From a virus, in IMG/VR virus record IMGVR_UViG_3300042465_006773: 64,000 nucleotides of DNA; one strand, given 5' to 3'. Positions 60,501-64,000 of this stretch are shown here, piece by piece. A program made the position numbers and the translations under genes. The notes beneath the pieces are model-generated. The model was not told the origin of the DNA. It saw only the letters and a program-made list of their open reading frames with translations, and made no database searches. The first letter of the stretch is position 1. Each line of letters starts with the position of its first letter.

Positions 60501-62742
60501 ATTTGAAACGGATTATAGTGTTAACAAGAATAGTAATTTAATGAGTGCACATGTATACGGTGACGGTACCGTATATTGTGAAACCCCAACTGGTTGTACT
60601 TTAGTTTCCGATTTATTTATTGAATTAATTGGTTATAAGACGGGTGTACAAGAAGGGACCGATTGGTCATTTTATTTTTATGCAAATTGTATAAGTGGAA
60701 CAAATGAAAATGCTGACGTTCATATCGAAAAGGTTAGTGATTGTATATACAAATTAACGGGTGTTTCCGAAAATGATGTTATAAATTTTAATGTTATTGA
60801 TTCAGCAAATAAAGAGGTTAAATTTAAAATTTTGGGGTTACAACCAAAATTTGAACATGACCCGTGTCCCGAACCTAGTGGTAAAACACACACGGAAATT
60901 TTTGAAATTGTTAGTTATCAAGGTACATCTGGAAACCCAATTTCATCATATTCTGAAGTCGTCTTTTGTGACAATTACACGGGATATACAATTCAACCAA
61001 AATTAGAATATAAAACGAATTTTGATTATGGTTTAAAATGTGATTCAATTGCTTTAAAAATCGATAATTCATTAACAATAGATGATAGTACGACATATCA
61101 AGACGTACAATCTTTTATTAGTGGGGGGACAATCACAAAAGTAAATGTATGTAATTTATCCGTTGGTGATTATATTTTATCAGCTGAAGTTAGACCATGT
61201 ACAACATATTCACATCAGAATATTTTAGATGGAATGATGTCAGGATTTTCTTTCACATATGGATATAGAAAAGTACAAATAACAAGTATCGAATGTTTAG
61301 GTTCTGTTAGGAGTAACTTAATAACAGGATTGACTCAAAATAATGATTATGAGGTTTTTGAAGTTCTTCCAACTACACAACTTAGGGTTTATACAAACAA
61401 GTCTGTTGAGAATTTTGGTGTTCCTGAAAATGGTCGTTATTTCTTTGATTTTAGATTTCCGGAAGAATTGCAAATAAAACCTTCGGATTTTATTGAACCA
61501 TGTTGTAATCATCCAAAAGAATTATATAATCATGGTGATTATTTGATAAACCAATACGGATTCCCAATTGAAGTTATAGATGTCGATTTGGATTACTGTA
61601 ATCCTAATCTGTATTTTAATTTAAATCTTGAAACTGATTGCGGACCATATAACGATACACTGTTAGTTGTTTTTAACGGCAACGTAGATGAACAACTTTT
61701 ACTTGGACATAAATATGAAAACCACCCTGGTCTTGGATTTGATTTGGGTCAATATTATGTCGACGATGAGTGGTGTCCGGACGTACCAACCGATTTTGAA
61801 TTATTAAATGACGTTTTTTGTCCTTCTCCACCACCAACACCTTCTATTACACCAACACCAACAAAAACACCTTCTATTACACCAACACTAACAAAAACAC
61901 CTTCGACTACACCAACGCCAACAAAAACACCATCGGTGACTCCATCTGTAACACCAACTAGTTCTTTAACACCGCAGTCAACACCTTCTACTACACCATC
62001 TGTAACACCAACTAGTTCTTTAACACCATCGGTGACTCCATCAAGAACACCTTCTACTACACCATCTGTAACACCAACTAGTTCTTTAACACCGCAGTCA
62101 ACACCTTCTACTACACCATCTGTAACATCAACTAGTTCTGTTACACCATCGGTGACTCCATCAAGAACACCATCTGTAACACCAACTAGTTCTTTAACAC
62201 CATCGGTGACCCCATCAAGAACACCATCGGTGACTCCATCTGTAACACCAACTAGTTCTTTAACACCGCAGTCAACACCTTCGACTACACCATCTGTAAC
62301 ATCAACTAGTTCTGTTACACCATCGGTGACTCCATCAAGAACACCATCTGTAACATCAACTAGTTCTGTTACACCATCGGTGACTCCATCAAGAACACCA
62401 TCTGTAACACCATCTGTAACACCAACTAATTCTTTAACACCTTCGGTCACCCCATCCATTACACCAACTAATTCCTTAACCCCATCATTAACACCAACTA
62501 ATTCCTTAACCCCATCATTAACACCAACACCGAGTTGTCCACCTTGTTATTTTTATTTAATTGAAGGAACAGGTGGAAATGAGGTTTCTTACATCCAGTG
62601 TAATGGCACTTTATCTGCATTTAGTGTATCTAATGGTTCGAGTGATACAATATGTGCCAGACCCGGTACAATCACGTTTTATCCAAGTCCAAATCCGGCA
62701 CCAAATGTAACACAACAATCACAATGCGGAAACCAATGTTAA
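57586..62742 (+). CDS. Baseplate wedge gp7/P2 gpI-like protein extended with Cys-rich domains and a TPS stalk
   Basis: NLPD.LL..L...LG, YRRLL.NL..IYKSKGTRKALEFFL..LG...I.INEY (gpI/gp7-like); ~240-aa TPS tract followed by a Cys-rich tip. Confidence 0.7.
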   Translation: MAKRKVPSQAASGAETFNDFLVGRQITDGTSSLTNTVFSLDKVIPQRDSKSFSTTPFSEFLTLDSIKQVDGIQTTTRTKTKKTNEVSFKSNKKYADKSLFGSLSSRILVSLTRIINKFPGAINIVADSPISSSPYSVSGSTYDDSAHTTIFYTERSKFFNPFDLVLIEPNSVIKPETENELRNFYSSYTKYVIVVNNVTYPILEYTEPNVDNVIQFKVYGQPFTGSTYLGNVLIRPNDGLIEEFFSGLDDLEQSLLNRETNPIYTSSFRVPRDSQNNSKTSLVSVTTSWPLSNDGYNIQITGIDYELYVTRLSDIANEIDDYKSNLMVRFLSSPQLFEFDTEDKRAESVFQLYGQSFDSVKKYIDNIAYMRNVSYDSINNLPDVLLKNLSENLGLSTTNLFDEKKLEDVLYTRINTTYAGISTGTNLVEAEYEFYRRLLVNLIEIYKSKGTRKALEFFLKFLGAPEPLIKINEYIYQVTSLPASFDLEEDIYEAIQGNKTYTFAVLNVTGYTYEKKTYTGTTSFDRDGYPVNEINGLPRRAYSETEDVFFEKGAGWYDITLSHRSPLILDTTNSVLTGRTKTIITKNKPYTYGEDYFNVFRTLPGLDTGYDLVSDIDNTKARLKEDNSDLILNRKNIEIYISPARAIDYDVFRRSKELEISFGTNNNLPTQTGKTFVEFLDTFIHNLVKNSNKIRYKKNYIQLEDVYRDYLSQTTGFTPYHQITVTEFVDKISPYWVQLIEQLVPASTLWTGGNLIENNVFGRPKYPYVYDCQPLQFIEELYPDFETYIEEDLENILGEEINFRSLLRLTGVTFYPIIEIDGVIYGGADYSGLTSNMYVVLSGTTNTSNSAKLFDLQPLTGCTSGVTSNDPINLSLICDYKDYLEPDVDKIKELWLDALSELISDITITRNSAGYEPYSPFTGTTGQTYYSETIPLIKWETFTDVNGVEKVRFSSVKLGPNDCSVSEYFDYRFETDYSVNKNSNLMSAHVYGDGTVYCETPTGCTLVSDLFIELIGYKTGVQEGTDWSFYFYANCISGTNENADVHIEKVSDCIYKLTGVSENDVINFNVIDSANKEVKFKILGLQPKFEHDPCPEPSGKTHTEIFEIVSYQGTSGNPISSYSEVVFCDNYTGYTIQPKLEYKTNFDYGLKCDSIALKIDNSLTIDDSTTYQDVQSFISGGTITKVNVCNLSVGDYILSAEVRPCTTYSHQNILDGMMSGFSFTYGYRKVQITSIECLGSVRSNLITGLTQNNDYEVFEVLPTTQLRVYTNKSVENFGVPENGRYFFDFRFPEELQIKPSDFIEPCCNHPKELYNHGDYLINQYGFPIEVIDVDLDYCNPNLYFNLNLETDCGPYNDTLLVVFNGNVDEQLLLGHKYENHPGLGFDLGQYYVDDEWCPDVPTDFELLNDVFCPSPPPTPSITPTPTKTPSITPTLTKTPSTTPTPTKTPSVTPSVTPTSSLTPQSTPSTTPSVTPTSSLTPSVTPSRTPSTTPSVTPTSSLTPQSTPSTTPSVTSTSSVTPSVTPSRTPSVTPTSSLTPSVTPSRTPSVTPSVTPTSSLTPQSTPSTTPSVTSTSSVTPSVTPSRTPSVTSTSSVTPSVTPSRTPSVTPSVTPTNSLTPSVTPSITPTNSLTPSLTPTNSLTPSLTPTPSCPPCYFYLIEGTGGNEVSYIQCNGTLSAFSVSNGSSDTICARPGTITFYPSPNPAPNVTQQSQCGNQC
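61822..62535 (+). repeat. TPS coding repeat with multiple identical 30-120-nt blocks
   Basis: For example ccatctgtaacaccaactagttctttaacaccgcagtcaacacc x3, and acaccatcggtgactccatcaagaacacc several times. Confidence 0.9.
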
Positions 62743-62811
62743 TAGATTTACATATGATTAAAAAATTAGTATAATATATAATTAAAAACAAAATAGAAAT
62801 TTGTATAATAA

Positions 62812-64000
62812 ATGGCGTTAATAAAAATAAACACAGGTAACTTTAAGGGTCAAACAGGTGTTTTAACTTTTTATCCTTGTAGTGGCGGTACCATAAATAT
62901 TGGTACCGTTGTCATGCCATATTATTATGATACTGATTATTATTTGGGGACTTATAGTGTGTATTTTCCATTAGAAGATAAAACTTGTTATGTTCAAATT
63001 TCATGTCCAACTCCTTCGGTAACACCAACACCATCCATAACACCGTCTATAACATCAACACCATCCATAACACCATCCATAACACCAACACCATCAGAGA
63101 CACCGTGCAAAACACCAACACCAACCAAAACACCGTCTATAACACCATCACCAAGTTTTAACCCAACAATTACACCAACTAGTTCCTTAACACCATCCAT
63201 TACACCAACTAGTTCTTTAACACCTTCTGTCACTCCATCGGTAACACCATCGGTGACTCCATCCATTACACCAACTAGTTCTTTGACACCGTCTGTTACA
63301 TCTTCTTTAACACCATCAGTTACACCTTCGGTCACACCTTCGGTGACTCCATCCATTACACCAACTAGTTCTGTAACACCATCAGTTACACCTTCTTTAA
63401 CACCATCAGTTACACCTTCGGTCACACCTTCGGTGACTCCATCCATTACACCGACTAGTTCTTTAACACCATCGGTGACTCCATCAAGAACACCTTCGGT
63501 TACACCATCTGTAACACCAACTAGTTCCTTAACACCTTCTGTCACATCTTCTTTGACACCTTCTGTCACTCCATCAAGAACACCTTCGGTGACTCCATCC
63601 ATTACACCAACTAGTTCTTTAACACCATCGGTGACTCCATCAAGAACACCTTCGGTCACCCCATCTATTACACTAACTAGTTCTTTAACACCATCTTTAA
63701 CACCATCTATTACACCATCTGTCACACCAACTAGTTCTTTAACACCATCACTCACACCATCACTCACACCATCTGTAACACCAACTGTTTCTGTTACACC
63801 CGCACCTTCTTGTGATATTGATTATACTAGACTTCCATCACCCACACCTTCAAGTACACCTACACCATCCATTACACCAACTAGTTCTGTTACACCATCG
63901 GTGACTCCATCAAGAACACCATCTGTAACACCATCTATTACACCAACTAGTTCTGTTACACCTTCTGTTACTCCATCTATAACACCATCTATCACACCAA
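62812..64000 (+). CDS. Third N-module/TPS-stalk appendage protein (runs off the window's right edge)
   Basis: Manual translation: MALIKINTGNFKGQTGVLTFYPCSGGTINIGTVVMPYYYDTDYYLGTYSVYFPLEDKTCYVQISCPTPSVTPT..., followed by more than 300 aa of TPS repeats, open to the window end. Confidence 0.85.
   Translation, partial: MALIKINTGNFKGQTGVLTFYPCSGGTINIGTVVMPYYYDTDYYLGTYSVYFPLEDKTCYVQISCPTPSVTPTPSITPSITSTPSITPSITPTPSETPCKTPTPTKTPSITPSPSFNPTITPTSSLTPSITPTSSLTPSVTPSVTPSVTPSITPTSSLTPSVTSSLTPSVTPSVTPSVTPSITPTSSVTPSVTPSLTPSVTPSVTPSVTPSITPTSSLTPSVTPSRTPSVTPSVTPTSSLTPSVTSSLTPSVTPSRTPSVTPSITPTSSLTPSVTPSRTPSVTPSITLTSSLTPSLTPSITPSVTPTSSLTPSLTPSLTPSVTPTVSVTPAPSCDIDYTRLPSPTPSSTPTPSITPTSSVTPSVTPSRTPSVTPSITPTSSVTPSVTPSITPSITP

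Overview
AT-rich 64-kb segment of a large (probably jumbo) myovirus-type phage genome, read in the standard genetic code. The host is probably a member of Bacteroidota, based on TTTG-N19-TAnnTTT-type promoters, A-rich leaders without Shine-Dalgarno sequences and a eukaryote-like class Ia RNR. Contractile-tail and neck genes (neck, tail terminator, sheath, tube, assembly chaperone, tape measure, hub, gp25/gp6/gp7-like wedge) are interleaved with replication genes (PolB, SNF2 helicase, SSB, RecA/UvsX, 5'-3' exonuclease, DnaB-like helicase, nrdB, intein-containing nrdA) and two tRNAs. The most notable observations are: (1) a modular family of virion-appendage proteins built from a shared N-terminal module, mucin-like Thr/Pro/Ser stalks and swapped Cys-rich or Ig-like domains; (2) an [S/T]-G-x-T motif strongly enriched in virion proteins, a candidate modification sequon; (3) a likely +1 programmed frameshift in the tail assembly chaperone; (4) a TATTTAT(A/T) late-promoter motif often only 3-7 nt before the ATG; (5) an iteron-like array between sheath and tube; (6) a pseudoknotted ncRNA candidate after nrdA; (7) two genes missing from the ORF track (WYL, truncated at the edge, and RHH-like, 59 aa). 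All homology calls come from motif recognition by eye; no searches were run.
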